From Marsupella aquatica (Eukaryota > Plantae > Marchantiophyta): a stretch of 64,000 nt of DNA. This document shows, piece by piece, positions 11,755 through 24,415 of the stretch (the stretch's first letter is position 1; each line of letters opens with the position of its first letter). The notes beneath the pieces were generated by a model. That model ran no database searches. It worked only from the letters and a program-made list of their open reading frames with translations, and was not told where the DNA came from. The position numbers were made by a program, and so were the translations under genes. The DNA lies in the NCBI GenBank assembly GCA_973895155.1, contig OZ316897.1, positions 3,318,211 to 3,382,210 of the forward strand, written 5' to 3'.

Positions 11755-14700
11755 ATGGGAATGTGCTCAGGGAAATGTATTCCTTACTCTCCTAATGGGA
11801 CCGGACGGCATTTGTTGGCATGCTGCGTTCGGAAGTTAAAACTAATTCAGGGTTTGGAAGACAAGAGCGACTCCGCCAAGCTTTTACCGTTCGATGCGGA
11901 AATTTTGTTCGACGAGAAGCATGTAATTTGTAGGGATGCCAAATCTGAGGAGGAAGTGTTCGGCTACAGTATCATATCTCAAGAGAGTTGTAGAGGTGGA
12001 TCTAGACAGAGTACACCGAAAACCGCTGACAGGAATTTTGCCATTGCTGCTGGGGATGTCATGACGCCGACATCCTTTTCAGACACCAATTTTGATTCTT
12101 CTAGATATGGGGAAAAGGTTGCCTTCCTTCTCCCCCAACCAACGACCACGGAACTCAACATGTACATTGTCACTTGGAACATGAACGGCAAGGTATGTCT
12201 ATCTTGTCCTCGTCCTTCATACTCGTGCATGACTCCTCGACTTTGAACGCGTTTCCTACGGGATTTAACACCTTCATAATTCCGGACTTCAAATTCGAAA
12301 GGCGCTTGTCTGTTAGATTTATTCAATGTCATCTCCTCCTTGGACACATTACAGAATAGTAATTTCCTGTTCGTCCGTCTTCATTCTGCCACGTCTACTG
12401 CGTCTTGGGATGATCAAAGGTCCGTTGAGTAGGTTCTGTTCCTTCGGTCGATCACCTCAAGAGTAAAGTGTTTGATGTAGCCGACCGCTCAATGTGGTGG
12501 TCATGTCCAGGCGCTTGTTAGGAACATAGCCAAACTTTTGGACGTGGACGGAGAGCGTCATGATTTGTATGTTATTGGACTTCAAGAAGCCCACAACTCC
12601 GTCGCAGAGTCGGTCATCTCGGCAGCTTTGGGTGAGAAATACAGGTATGCGATTGTTTCTTGCGAAAGATTTAGTTCATCATTTTTCTTGCCAGATTCAT
12701 TCTCCTCTCAATTCTTTCCTTGTAATTAAAGTAATCCGGCTCAGCATCTCTGCCATGCAAATGTGTTCACTTCTCATTTCATTTGTTCTGTGAATAGCTT
12801 CGTTTCTGCTGCCTGCATGCAATCCCTTCAACTCTTCATAATTGCGAGGAAGGCAGTCCTACCCTTCCTATCGAGTAAGTGACCATTCCCGAACACTCGA
12901 ATCTGTAGCTTTAGGTTTCTCTAGATTATTGTTTCTGTCATGGCTTCCGTCTATTACTCATCCTAGTGATAGGAGCGAACTCCAATTCGTCTCGAGACCA
13001 GTGGCTCCGCTGCTGTTGCTCTTTGTCGGAAGAAGCACAATTCCGGGCTGGAGCTGATGCGATGCGATGTGATGTGAGCAGGGCCATTGGTGGACAAGAT
13101 CTCAACCGGAGGCTTGGGTGGGTTAGCTGGTCGCCAAAAGGGAGCTGTGGCAGTAACATTGAAGTTCAAAGAAGCTTCACTTCTCTTCATAGCATGCCAT
13201 TTCGCTGGTATGTAAATCATCTACCCTTTCCTTCCCAGCTCACCCCTCCTTTCCAATTGACTGCCTCATGTTAGTGGAGTCTTGTGGTTTTATGGTCGAG
13301 TCCTGTAGCAATGCTATGCTGTCCTATGGGAGTGAATTGGTCGCTCGATTCTGATCCCATGTTCATGCAGTGCAGCCCACAGAAGCAATGTAGGAGAGCG
13401 CAATGCGCAATACCACCACATTTCCCAATCAGTGTTCAACAGGCAAGTACCAGTAGTTGGGCTGCCTGGAGGAGTGTTCTCCGGCTGCTCGTACAGACAC
13501 GGAATCGTCGACGATTTTGCCCTGCGAACGGAACGTCCTCGGTCCATTTCCAATTTTGCGGAAAAGGCAGACGTGGTGGTGTGGATGGGAGATCTCAACT
13601 ACAGAGTGGAGATGAATCGCAGCCGTGTGGCCTTTTTGATTGGACATAAACTCGAGGAGGTGTGTTATCTGCGAACTTTTCGGTGTCTCTAAATCTATTT
13701 TTCTTTGGTGGAGTCTGCGAGACTTCCGCTACTTAAGAGTGGTCGCCCGTCGGCACGCACAGTTCGATCATTTTTGAGTTTTCGGTGACCATCATGGACG
13801 TTGACCAAGAGGATCATTATTCTGTCTGAAATGTCTGTGAGCTACTTTTTACTTCGCAGGCGCTATGGTCGGAGGATCAACTAACCAGGGCGCTGAGAGA
13901 CGGCCAGGCGTTCATCGGATACCAAGAGGGACCGTTAAGGTTCAGACCGACTTACAAATACGACGTTGGAACGGATAACTATGACACCAGCTCCAAGGTC
14001 AGAGGGGTCATACCATACCCATCAAACTAGTGAAATAGGTAGCTCAGGATTGACGGTGTTGAATTTCATGCTAATCTAGTCCTAGGCTCCTCAGATTTGC
14101 AGTTTAAACTTTTACACAAGGTGTCAGATCGGATGTAGCTAATTACGCTCCCCCCAATCGACGAAGCATAGACTCTGGAGTCTGGACTCCTCAGACGTTT
14201 GCCACGACGCGGGCCACTGTAGTCTCTCAATCTCTGGGCACTATGTAGCGTGCGCAAGATTAATTTAACAGACTCCCCGCAGACTGCGCTTCGCGTCCCA
14301 GATGGGATGGGCTGGGATTCGAGCGCGAGAGGGGGGACAAAAAGACACACCGCAGGATGTACTTTCCGTGACTGTAGCTTTTTCGTTACTAGCCGTTGTC
14401 AGTTAGCACTTTCCATATCTCGGTAAAGTTGAGGTGATTTAGTGTCTCGATGACGAGATTCTCTAGATTGCATCGACAGTTTTGGGGTTGTTTGATGTTA
14501 GTTGGCCGTTGGGTAGGTAGCGCTCTCGTTCTACGCAAGCTCGCGTTTGATTTGTGTAGGCTGGCAGTGGAAGCGCGGCTGATACGAGTTATTATTATTA
14601 TAGTACCCAACGTTTCAACCTGACAGACTCGGACGCACGTCTCAGCTACCCACCCACCGTGAACCTGTGCTTAATGTCCGCCCGTTCAGTCGCTGCTTTG

Positions 14701-16027
14701 TAGGACTATGCAAACGTGGAAGGGGGTCAGATACTGAGATGTGGCTCCATCTTTGGGGGCCTCCAGTTTGTTACAGAGTACCATTCTGTTGTGATATACT
14801 GATATGGCTCTCAGTTTGGAGTGGGCCCAGAGGAAGCCAGGGTTGGAATGCATCCAAGTACTCTTCGGTGACATGAAGCTGAGGGAGGTGGTGGTGACAT
14901 TCCGCAGTACGAGTAAATTCGTCATAAAGTGGTCATGTGGCATTCTTTACTCTGTTAGTGAGAGAGTTGAGCAGAGGGCTTGCCCAGCGCAATGTGGCCC
15001 AGCTCAATGTGGCCCAGCTCAATGTTGAGTCTATTGCACCCGTTGACCTGAATTAGACGTTGAGATGACATGATCTGCATTGTGGTGGAGCACCTTGCTG
15101 ATCCCCTTCCTCCCAACTCCACCTCAAGGGCGAGGGGTCTAGCTGGACTGTTCCTCCAATTTCATCTCACGGGTGAAATTCTTTGGCTTAGCTCGCACTC
15201 CCACTCCACATCCAGCGTTCCTTTCAATTCATCTCAATGGAGAAATACGCTGCAGAGCTAAGCTTTCCGCACTTGGATGATTTATCTTCCCAGCGCGATG
15301 GCAGGAACGGGTTATCGGACAGTCTCACTTTACGGAGTTGAATCTACGTGATGATCTTGAATGTGGTTCCAATCATTGAATGGGCCCCACTTGGTGATGT
15401 CCGACACTACGATGAGCTGGCGAGGAGGGTGGATGATTGAGTCTAGTTTTCATCAGTCTCCCATATTGTCAGAGATTGTTGCGTTTCTGGCATTCAATCG
15501 GGACAGAATGAACCAATTTGAGATTCCCAAGAGATGGTGATGAAGAGACTCGTTCAGAGTTCTACCTGAGATGCATGTGAATTAAAGGGCGATTGGATGA
15601 CATGAGACAATCCTAGATTACAAAAGAAGATACGGAACTGGTCTGAGTCGATCTCAGGATTTGAGTCTACCAACTCAATTATCGGATGAATCAGTGATTT
15701 CTAGAGATTAGGTACTTGAAATGAAAGAAGAGGAAATTGAGTTAGGTTGTTGAAGTTGATGTGGGTTCCTGTTCAGTGGTCGTTGATCTATACTGACATC
15801 ATTGACCTCTTGGTGGAAATGATTTCCAGGAAAGAGTGCCATCTTGGACGGATAGGATACTGTACAAAGTTGGGGATGCCGGCAAATTGAAAGTACGATT
15901 GAAAAGATACAACTGCATCAATTCCATCAAGAGTTCTGATCATAAACCAGTGAAAGCTCTGATGACGCTGAGCCTCAACAGTAGCAGCCCGCAGGAGAAA
16001 GTAAAATACCATTCATTAGTAGTGTAG
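11755..16027 (+). CDS. inositol polyphosphate 5-phosphatase (type IV, At5PTase11-like)
   Basis: GT-AG exons 11755-12192, 12511-12644, 12798-12874, 13082-13207, 13376-13659, 13860-13997 and 15830-16027 splice in frame. Motifs [43 protein letters not shown] and SDHKPV. N-terminal MGMC is a possible acylation site. Confidence 0.93.
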
Positions 16028-17109
16028 TAATCAGTCATCTGTAGTCCACTAAAAATTTAGCCTGTAATTAAGTTGTTTGTTCTTCCATCAAACAACCGGA
16101 GGCCTAGAATTCGTTGCAGCTCGCATCGCTTATTTGTTAATAGAGAAGTATATAAAGCTGGCAAGCTGTTCATGCTCCCACCTACAACGGTCTCTTCCAT
16201 GTACTATATTGAATAACTATGGTGGTCCACAAACAGCAACTCTGTGAAGCAATTTGTTGGAGGGAAAGATAGCCTAGTCTAGTCTTGTGTTCCCTAAAGT
16301 GGACTCGAAACTTGCACCTCACCAGAATGATTGGCAATCAGTGAATCCAGACCTTTACCTCAAGTCTTCAACCCCGTTCAGATTTTGAAGAGAATGATGT
16401 TGCCCAAATGTGGTGGCCGCACACGCACTTGCATTTACCAATCCTCTGTGGGTATAAACGCTGAAACTGGGCCACACTGAAGGCTTCAAAGATGCAATGC
16501 AAACAATTATGGAATTTGAGTACAACCAAGCATGTGGATTCCTACACATGACGAGCCTACAAGAAAATGCCAAGCCACTATGTCCTTTTTGGGCAGTTGT
16601 CCCTATTGCGTTGGCTGTAAAGTATTTGGTTGTCCTACATAGGTAGATTGTAGCCAACACTTTATTTGTCAGTCTTTTTTATTAATTTGGTCTTGACAAA
16701 GTGAGACATCACCTGTTTACCCTCACCGTAAAATAAATGGCACATTGAGTAGGGTAAACCCTATGACATATGGAGCATCGGGTGGGCTATGGAACAGAGT
16801 TCAATATATTATTTACTTGACAGGGTAGTTTGGAACTTGCACACCTTTTCAATAGCACGAGTTAAAGTAACTCATCTGGTTAACCATATGACTGAGGGTA
16901 ATAATATGGCACATTGGGTGGGAGGCGGAGAAGAGGTTAGTATATCTATTTATTTTTAAAAGACGGTGGTCGGGAAATTCACACCTCTTGGCACTCCAAC
17001 AAGAGACTGTTACTTGTTACTAAAGTTTGCATTCGGAAAAAACAATCTTTGTTTAATTTCAAAACTTTCGAGCAAGTTCTCTGATGTCCAATCTATTATT
17101 ATCTCACAA

Positions 17110-17290
17110 AATTTGAGATTTCTAGATCATTTGCGCAAAAATGGTCAAATATATTAGCCAACTGCCAACAGGTGCTTCACTTTTATAAAAGACTCTCTGA
17201 GTAGTTTGGGCATGAGCCACAAATTACCACTCCTGGAAAGAAATTTCAATTTTGGGAAGGACACCCGAGTAGTTTGGGCATGGAGAGCAA
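17110..17290 (+). repeat. dispersed repeat, homologous to ~41275-41460
   Basis: Shared blocks CTAGATCATTT, GCTTCACTTTT, TAGTTTGG(G/A)CATGAGC, AAATTACCACT and AAGGACACC in the same order at both loci. Confidence 0.6.
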
Positions 17291-17427
17291 CTTATCACCA
17301 GGCGAACTAATTAAGCTCAGCTGCAAACAGTCAGGAGCCAGTTTACAAATCAGATTTCAGAGAGAATGGATACTATTCACACTTGCTGTGCCAGTCCTTC
17401 CAAGCTTTGGAAATACATCCAGGCTTC

Positions 17428-17532
17428 AGAGCAACCCCTTAGTCCATCAGGGTTTTATTTTCCTTTAATTCCAGAGTGGAGAGCAACCCCTTAGTCCATC
17501 AGGGCTTCATTTTCCTTTAACTCCAGAGTGGA
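17428..17532. repeat. ~53-bp tandem duplication
   Basis: AGAGCAACCCCTTAGTCCATCAGGG...TCCAGAGTGGA occurs twice. Confidence 0.8.
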
Positions 17533-19393
17533 AAACTACGTAATAGAATGAACATCGCCTATCTTCAGCACACGAGAAGTTTCTCAAGTCTACAGTGAAA
17601 CGCGCAATGAGAGTGAGCTGGAGTGAAAAGGGCTCATTAGAGTATTGATAGCAATGACGTCGCCAATGAAAGTAATGGAATAACTTAACTACCTTCAAAC
17701 ATGCTGTTGTCAGCAGGAGACAAGGCATTGAAGCCATCAACAAGGGGAAGAGATGATTCAAATAATTCTACAGCACCGACGTGATCAGGCTCAATCAGCT
17801 GAGCAGCGCAATGGGAGCCCGTACAGAGCATTTAATCAGTCGAAATTCAATTTTTAATTTTTTATCGAAAGGCTTGATGCAATAATTGTTGACAGGAAAC
17901 TCATGCACTTGAAGCTCGATGGTAAGCTATTATTCGACTTACTCATTCCATTAAGTACGGGCCAATCACATGTTTGAACCCATTTGTCTATGTCTGCTGC
18001 TTTGGAATTCAAAATTTTGAATATAGCAGAGTAGGAAGTCTCCCTGGACACTACCCCAGTATTCTGACCATACCCAAAAATAAACAAACAAAACATATCA
18101 AAGAGTCATTATAGTTTACCTTAATTGGTTTTGGTAACACTATTTGTGTAGCCCAAAATGTTTGCTGTATGCTATAATTTAAGTTGCCTATGTTAATTAG
18201 TGACTAACACTGATAAAGGTGAAATGAAGGAACATTAGGGTAACACTGTTTGGAGCATAGCGGCCCGGAGCAAAATCAATGAATATGATCAAGGAAGACA
18301 CATTTCAAAATTGACCAGGCACATTGGACATGTTTAAAGCTCCTTCTCTGGCTCTCTAGTGGAAATTCCTCAACAAGGAAGGCTAGTTGCACTATTGCCA
18401 AAGTGGTGGCAGAAGAGAGCAGCAATCTTAGTACCTGGGAATTACTCTCCATTGTGGAATTGCAACCCAAAATAGTATTAGCAAGAAAACCCACTGAGTT
18501 AGTATTATTTTCTGCTGAAACTGGCCCCACTCTAGAATTAGGGTTACCAAGGTTAATTATGAGAAAAAACTAATTTGGAGACAAGACCAATTACATTGAA
18601 CGGTCTAGGAGAGACTGGAGATGATGAGTAGCCACTCACTGCAATCTGCAAAGCACTTCGAGTTCACCCAACTTTAATTGAGACAATAATGTGTCTCCAC
18701 TACTTCATTGAAAGGTTCTTCCGGTACCCCTAAAAGAAGTACCTTCATCTTGCAAGGTATGTTTTATTAAAAAATAACAATATTCAGAAATGGTGCAAAA
18801 GACTCAAGTCTCACCACACTTAGATTGCAACCTGTGAAGCAAAGGGACTCTGTATCATCCCAAAAAAACAATATCCCCAAAACAGAGCAGTGTTGGAGTG
18901 AATGCCAAATGATGTTGAAAACTAGGTCATAATATGGTAGTGCTTGGTAGTTCATTAGGAACCAACACAAACACTGCACATTTTGTTGCACTGTGCTGCA
19001 AAAGATATAAAAAGGTTTCACTTGGTAAGACATGTAAAATGATGCATACGAATATGAACTTTGATTTCACAATTGTGCCTTTGGTTGCAATTGTTTTTGG
19101 GTATAGTAGGGGGCCTCAATAATCAGGCCATGAAATGTTTCATGGCTATTGCTATTCATCTGTCAGAACAGTGGCGGGTGAGTGTTCCAGGCACTGTACA
19201 TTTAGCGGCCACCATTTTGAATGGTCCCGCGGTGCCTACAGCATGGAGATGCTCACAAGGTCGCTGCCTCACATCATTTGGACACACTCATTTTCTTGCT
19301 AAATAATTCGTAACCAAGGGTTAGTCTGTGAGTTACTGGTGAGTACACTTTCCCGTTGAGGGTAGTTACTTCCATAATCTTTGGTGTAAACAG

Positions 19394-19619
19394 ACGGTGT
19401 TCTGTAATTTATGGACGGTAACCTGTAATGTTAAATCCAGACCAACGGTAAAGCTGTAATCCAGCAACGGTACTTTTGTAATCCCTTGACCGAACTGAGG
19501 TATTTTTTCACCGTTTGTCCATTTTAAAATCACCGTCCATCACACCTTCCATTTCAAAATTGTAGTTTTCCTTTGTCCATTTTAAAATGACCGTCCGTCA
19601 CACCGTCCATTTCAAATTT
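19394..19619. repeat. subterminal repeat array of the YR element
   Basis: Four ACGGT-N4/5-TGTAAT units at 19394, 19415, 19445 and 19467, then a 58-bp-period tandem duplication (19514-19619) in a stretch carrying four oppositely oriented ACCGT. Confidence 0.75.
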
Positions 19620-20050
19620 TCCATTGGTTTTGTGTGAGCAATGTAGTGATTGTTTACATTGTTGTCCGTGTCCAGGCATTGCATAAATCCTCGGTGTGAC
19701 AATTTGACAAAACTCTTGAGACAATACACATACTGAAATCACCGATGACTACTGAAAATCCAGTGGCTTTATTCAAAGTCGAAAAGGTCTAGGTGAGTCC
19801 TTGGACGATACATCAAAACAATGATACAGTCATGCTTAAACTCATACTCTAGATCACTTTATTCCGAGATCAAAATATAATCCGGTACTTCTATTCTATC
19901 TAAAAGGAATTAACAAGAATGAGTATTTACTAGACTACAGATAAGACTAGACTAGAGATAAGAGAGAATCTGAGTCCTTCAACTCTACAATAGCGTAGGT
20001 TGTCATCTTGTTTGACTAGAGTCTGATTGTCTGCAATAGTTCTACAGTGT

Positions 20051-22434
20051 CTAAATCTTTGGATCATCATTCTCCTTCTCATCTTCCTTCTTCACAATGA
20101 AATTGATTGTGCAGTTCTCAAATGTTCCAGATAAAGTGTTTCCAACTCCCTTCACTACACTGCCTCGGCCAGCACCTCCTCCAAGAATACAAGCAAGAGT
20201 TGGATTCTTGGTTAACTCACCCAAGAAATCAACTTCATCAAATGTCTTATGCCATGCATCCAACCACAACTGCAACTGCGGATCAGTCAGCATGATCCTG
20301 TCACTCGATGTATTCATTAGCTCCTACAAAACAGAAATGAAACATTAGACAACAGCAATCAAAAGTCTGTGGAATTGATAACAAAAAACTATAGACAGTA
20401 TGGACTTACTTACATGTACATTCTTACTGAGTAAGAGGCCTTCATTCAATTTTGAGCCGCTGGATTCCTGTAATCAGCACACAGGAAACCAACCAGTAAA
20501 TCTTTGCAACTCAAACAACAAATTACACAACAAAAAGATAGTTCGTCAAGAATCTACATACCCCAGAGGTCTGTGGAGTGATGGCCAGCTGCTGATTATG
20601 CTGCAAACTCACCCTATCGATCAGGGGATTAAGATTTGCCCCACTTCCCACCAGATTCTTGGTATAGAACTTCTGAGCAACCTCAGTCAAAGCTTTTTCG
20701 TAGCTCAGATCAGGATTACAACCAACCAGAGTAGCAGCTTCTTGTTTAATTTCTTGAGTGCGGTCATACCTCAGATATCCACTTGTAGTGTGATGGCCTG
20801 TTACTAGCATTCCAACTTCATCTGGGACTCCTTTCGTGGCCATCCGTGTCACTAAAGTGGCCCTGCCACTCTTGTTAGAGAACAAATCAGGAGGCAACCC
20901 TACTAACTTCAGCATGTTAGTCAAAATATGTGCAACTCGATCCTGAGCAACTTTATGGCTTCTGTTGTACCAGACATTTCCTGCAGGGTTAGTAATAGGC
21001 TGCATGAACAGATCCGGCTTCTTACACTCATCCAGTGGAGCCATGTGTCTCAAATATTGCTTCACGCACATAATGAAGTCCTCTTCAAAACTATGAAATG
21101 CTCTTCGAAACTGCTCCTCTGAGTAACGATCCAGAGTCACACTGTTATTCTTGCTCTCTCTCTCTTCAAAACTGTCCATCAGAAACGCACCACAGAAAGA
21201 ATCAGCACTTGGCTCACCAAAATGACTTTCAAGAAGATACATAAACGACTCAAGGAAACTTACCGCACGTATTCGCGTCCATCTTGCGTGGTGTCAATAC
21301 GTACATCATTCCTCTTCAACTCCCACAGTTCTGAACCCCCTCGGATCCCCAACCGAACAAGAAAGAAAAACGCAAGACGCTTTTGGCAACCATGGGGGCT
21401 ACTCAGTTGGTGGTCGATGTCTACAAGTATAGCTACTTCCATCTGATCAGTCAATATCTCCACCTGCATTACAAAAACAGCAAGCACTGAGTCTCTCTTC
21501 AACGCGGCATCACATTAACAAACATCAAATATTCAACGAAAAGGGACAATCATATTTTTTTTCTCTTCTTGTTCACTCCTTCTCGAGAAGACTTCTTGAT
21601 GGCAGCCCGCAGAACCATGCATGTCTTTGAGAAGGCTGGATGTATCTTGATGTTGAAAGTGGTTACATCAAGGAGATTCTCTCCCCCTCTCAAAGACCTC
21701 AAGTCACTGGCTCGTTTAATCAAACGGTTATAAGCATTGCACATGTTCATCAAGGTTGCACTGGGGTATTCTTCGCCATTAACTTTCACAGCTCTACTAA
21801 AAAGATCACTGAACAGCTGATCTAATTGTGGTAGTGGCAAATCGCCAAGAGGAATACTCATATTCCAGCCAATGGCTTTTCAAAGCGAATCTGCTCGCCT
21901 GAGAGCCCAACGATCGTTCCTCTCAGACGGTAATCTCTCCTCTCCCTTCCCAGCATTGGTCAGCAATTGGTCTGGAATAGACCTCAAGCCTGGAATGCTA
22001 ACCTGCAAGGCGCTCCCTTCTCCATGAGGCGAAATGACTTCCGAACCAGCAGAAACAGCAAGATTGGCATCACTAGAACTATCATCAAGAACACAGCCAT
22101 CAAGCGTATTGCCATCACTAGATTTATCAAAGAAACTCTCGAGATTCGGAAGATCAAGGTCCTCATCTCCACCAAGCTCATTGAGATAGAGCATATCCAC
22201 ATCCTCTACATCTCCAGAGTGCAGCTAGCTCATAGCTTCATCACCCTCCGCCATTGCAATCTGCAAACCAGCAGTAATCAATGAGAAGGAGGCATTCGGA
22301 TCAGCTTCATCAAAGAGAGTCATCAAATCTATTGAACAGAAAGCCAAAGATGCATATGTACAAACTTTCGACACAAAATATAGTCCCAAATTGACAGTTC
22401 GAACAACTCTCCTTGCTCCTTCAGCCCCCGCCAT
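20051..22434 (-). pseudogene. Crypton/DUF3504-type tyrosine recombinase, 5 exons, ~670 aa, inactivated by point mutations
   Basis: Exons ~22434-21556 (start uncertain), 21463-21264, 21171-20562, 20467-20414 and 20323-20051 are phase-compatible. Motifs LDQLFSDLF..VKVNGEEYPSATL, GIRGGSE (Arg), YVRFEERESKN (Lys; rebuilt across an intron), FMQP..VWY, NKSGRAT (HxxR position), TGH..SGYLRY (His, Tyr) and C-terminal GTFENCTINF. Lesions: in-frame TAG at 22225-22227, TGA at 21880-21882, and a probable donor GT->AT at 21555. Confidence 0.88.
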
Positions 22435-24415
22435 CAATCTTCTTTGATTTGAACGACCCTGAATGCTGCAAGCCCTGCCTGCCACTAGCAGCACTGCAAT
22501 GCCACGGATCGATGGAACAAACACATACAGGCACCGCTAGGCACGACTTCCTCTCACCCGCCCCTGCCTCTGTCGCTTGCGTCTGATTTCTGAAACTGCA
22601 AAAGCAAATGGCCCAAATGAGCTTCGCAGGCGCGCCTCCGTTGCTTTACCCCCATACGAGCCCTAATTCTCATGCTGCACTCTCACTGGCTGAACCGGCT
22701 ACTCCCAGTAACTCCCTTCCTAACCGTTGGTTACGTCCGATAACACATATCTTGTCCGTCGTTGCTGGGTTCTACCGGGACTCCCCAGTTCCTTGCCAAA
22801 CTCTCCCGGCTCCTGCCGGTCGAGTCAGGCTCGTAACGGGGTTGCCCCATTACAACCCAGTAACGCCGGACTAGACCTGCGTTATCTTATACATAGCAAA
22901 AACACCCTAAACTGAAAGCTGCACAAATAGCCCGGGCTCCCTACTATTGGCAAAACACTAACAGAAAATGGAAAAGTCCCGCGGCTACTCTGTGTGGACC
23001 ACTATCAAAGGCTGCCAGTCGTTTTTCTGACCGTGTCCGTGCTGAACCTGACACGGACACTCAAAAACATAGTGACCTCATTATTGAGGCCCCCTATCAA
23101 GACTACCTCCTGAATTTTGAACTACAGTAAATTTGGGGTACTCTACTGTAGCTGTCTAGAAAACCTCCTGAAAATTTAATCCTAGTGTGCCAACAAGAAC
23201 TACTGTAGTATATCAGTACATTCACCAGGAGAGACATTCAAGACTGCATTCCCTGAACCTCACTGAGGAGACAACTTTCTGGTTGTCGGTTCTTTAGTAA
23301 CGACGATTACTCTATTCTGAGAATGCACATGCCTGGATATTGATGTGGCTCTCATGGGAAGCTCAGGTTTTAATGTCAAAGCAGCAGGGCCAGCCGTGAC
23401 ATACCATCAAAGCACATGTGACGCCATTTTTTAATGTCTAGGTCCAGTCTGCTTTTGGGTAGGACCTGTGGTAGAAGAACTCTCCATGTTCCTATCTCCA
23501 GGAGGGCCCGGTCCTCGCATGTGATGGAAGAAGTTGTCCTGTTCCCAGAGAGGAGGTCCACCATGAAGGATTGCTTGGAAGACGTAGATGTAGTAATAAA
23601 TGTGGACCTTCGTGCTTGGAACATGCTAACTGGGCTACTGCAAGGAATTTCAGTACTCCCAGTCCCACTCAGAAGATTGCTCAGGGTTCGGATGGCGTGT
23701 CCAGAATTTCCTAGACACAGCAGATTTGATCTGTCAACAGTGCAGAAAGTTACTGTGGGTGGGAGGGGAGCTGCATTTGAAGTAGATACGCCTTGCAACC
23801 CGCTCGACTCAACAATGAATGGTTGGAGCACCTTAGCTCTCTGATCAGTTCCCAACTTAGGGGGACCGGGAAAGAGGTGTGAAGCACAGAATTTTCTTGC
23901 CAGAGTAACTAGATGAAACATAGACCAGCCCAATAGTAAACTTTAGGGTACCTACCTTGAAGTAGTTTCGGAGCACTTTCAGCTCAATATCCACATTTTC
24001 AAGATTAGTTTGTGATATATCAGATTACATTCGGTGCTTTTAAATTTATAATGGTTTGCTTTCGAAAGGAAGATCAGATCACCATGAAAGCTGTTGAAAG
24101 AGAGCGGTTGTATTGTGCTTGCTCGATGGAGTGGAAGCTGCAATGACATGCTCCTGTCTCAAAATTGTTAGATCTAAGTCACAACGTTGTAAACAAATAT
24201 TTATTGTCTTTGCTTATCTGTCCTCGTTGCCCGACAAGCTCATGCAGGAAGAGTTTTGAGTTGGCTCTAATGATTCAACAGGGAACTGAGTAGCAACTTC
24301 AGGGCCAAAGGAATCAGCTCGGGCCTTCAAGAATCGAATCGTTCTCCAGATTTGAGAGGAATGGCCAGAGCATGTCTAAATATTTAGACTTCGTTCTAAT
24401 CCAAAGACTAAAGAG

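Larger units (their letters stand above)
19109..23094 (-). mobile_element. TIR-bounded, TA-flanked tyrosine-recombinase (Crypton/DUF3504-like) DNA element, ~3986 bp
   Basis: Left end TA|GGGGGCCTCAATAATCAGGCCA (19109...); right end TGACCTCATTATTGAGGCCCCC|TA (...23094). First 15 bp perfectly inverted, 20/22 overall. Encloses one spliced YR gene and subterminal repeats. Confidence 0.82.

Noticed and set aside
21880-22227. In-frame stops as sites of U-to-C RNA editing or programmed readthrough
   Set aside because: U-to-C editing is organellar, and this is intron-containing nuclear DNA; methyl-C deamination explains the stops more simply.
19109-23094. DIRS-type YR retrotransposon or Tc1/mariner assignment
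   Set aside because: No RT, RNase H or gag and no DDE/D motif is visible inside the TIRs.
23376-23933. Overlapping 185-aa (-) and 136-aa (+) ORFs next to the YR element
   Set aside because: They lie outside the TIR and show no recognisable motif or clear splice context; cannot be supported as a gene.
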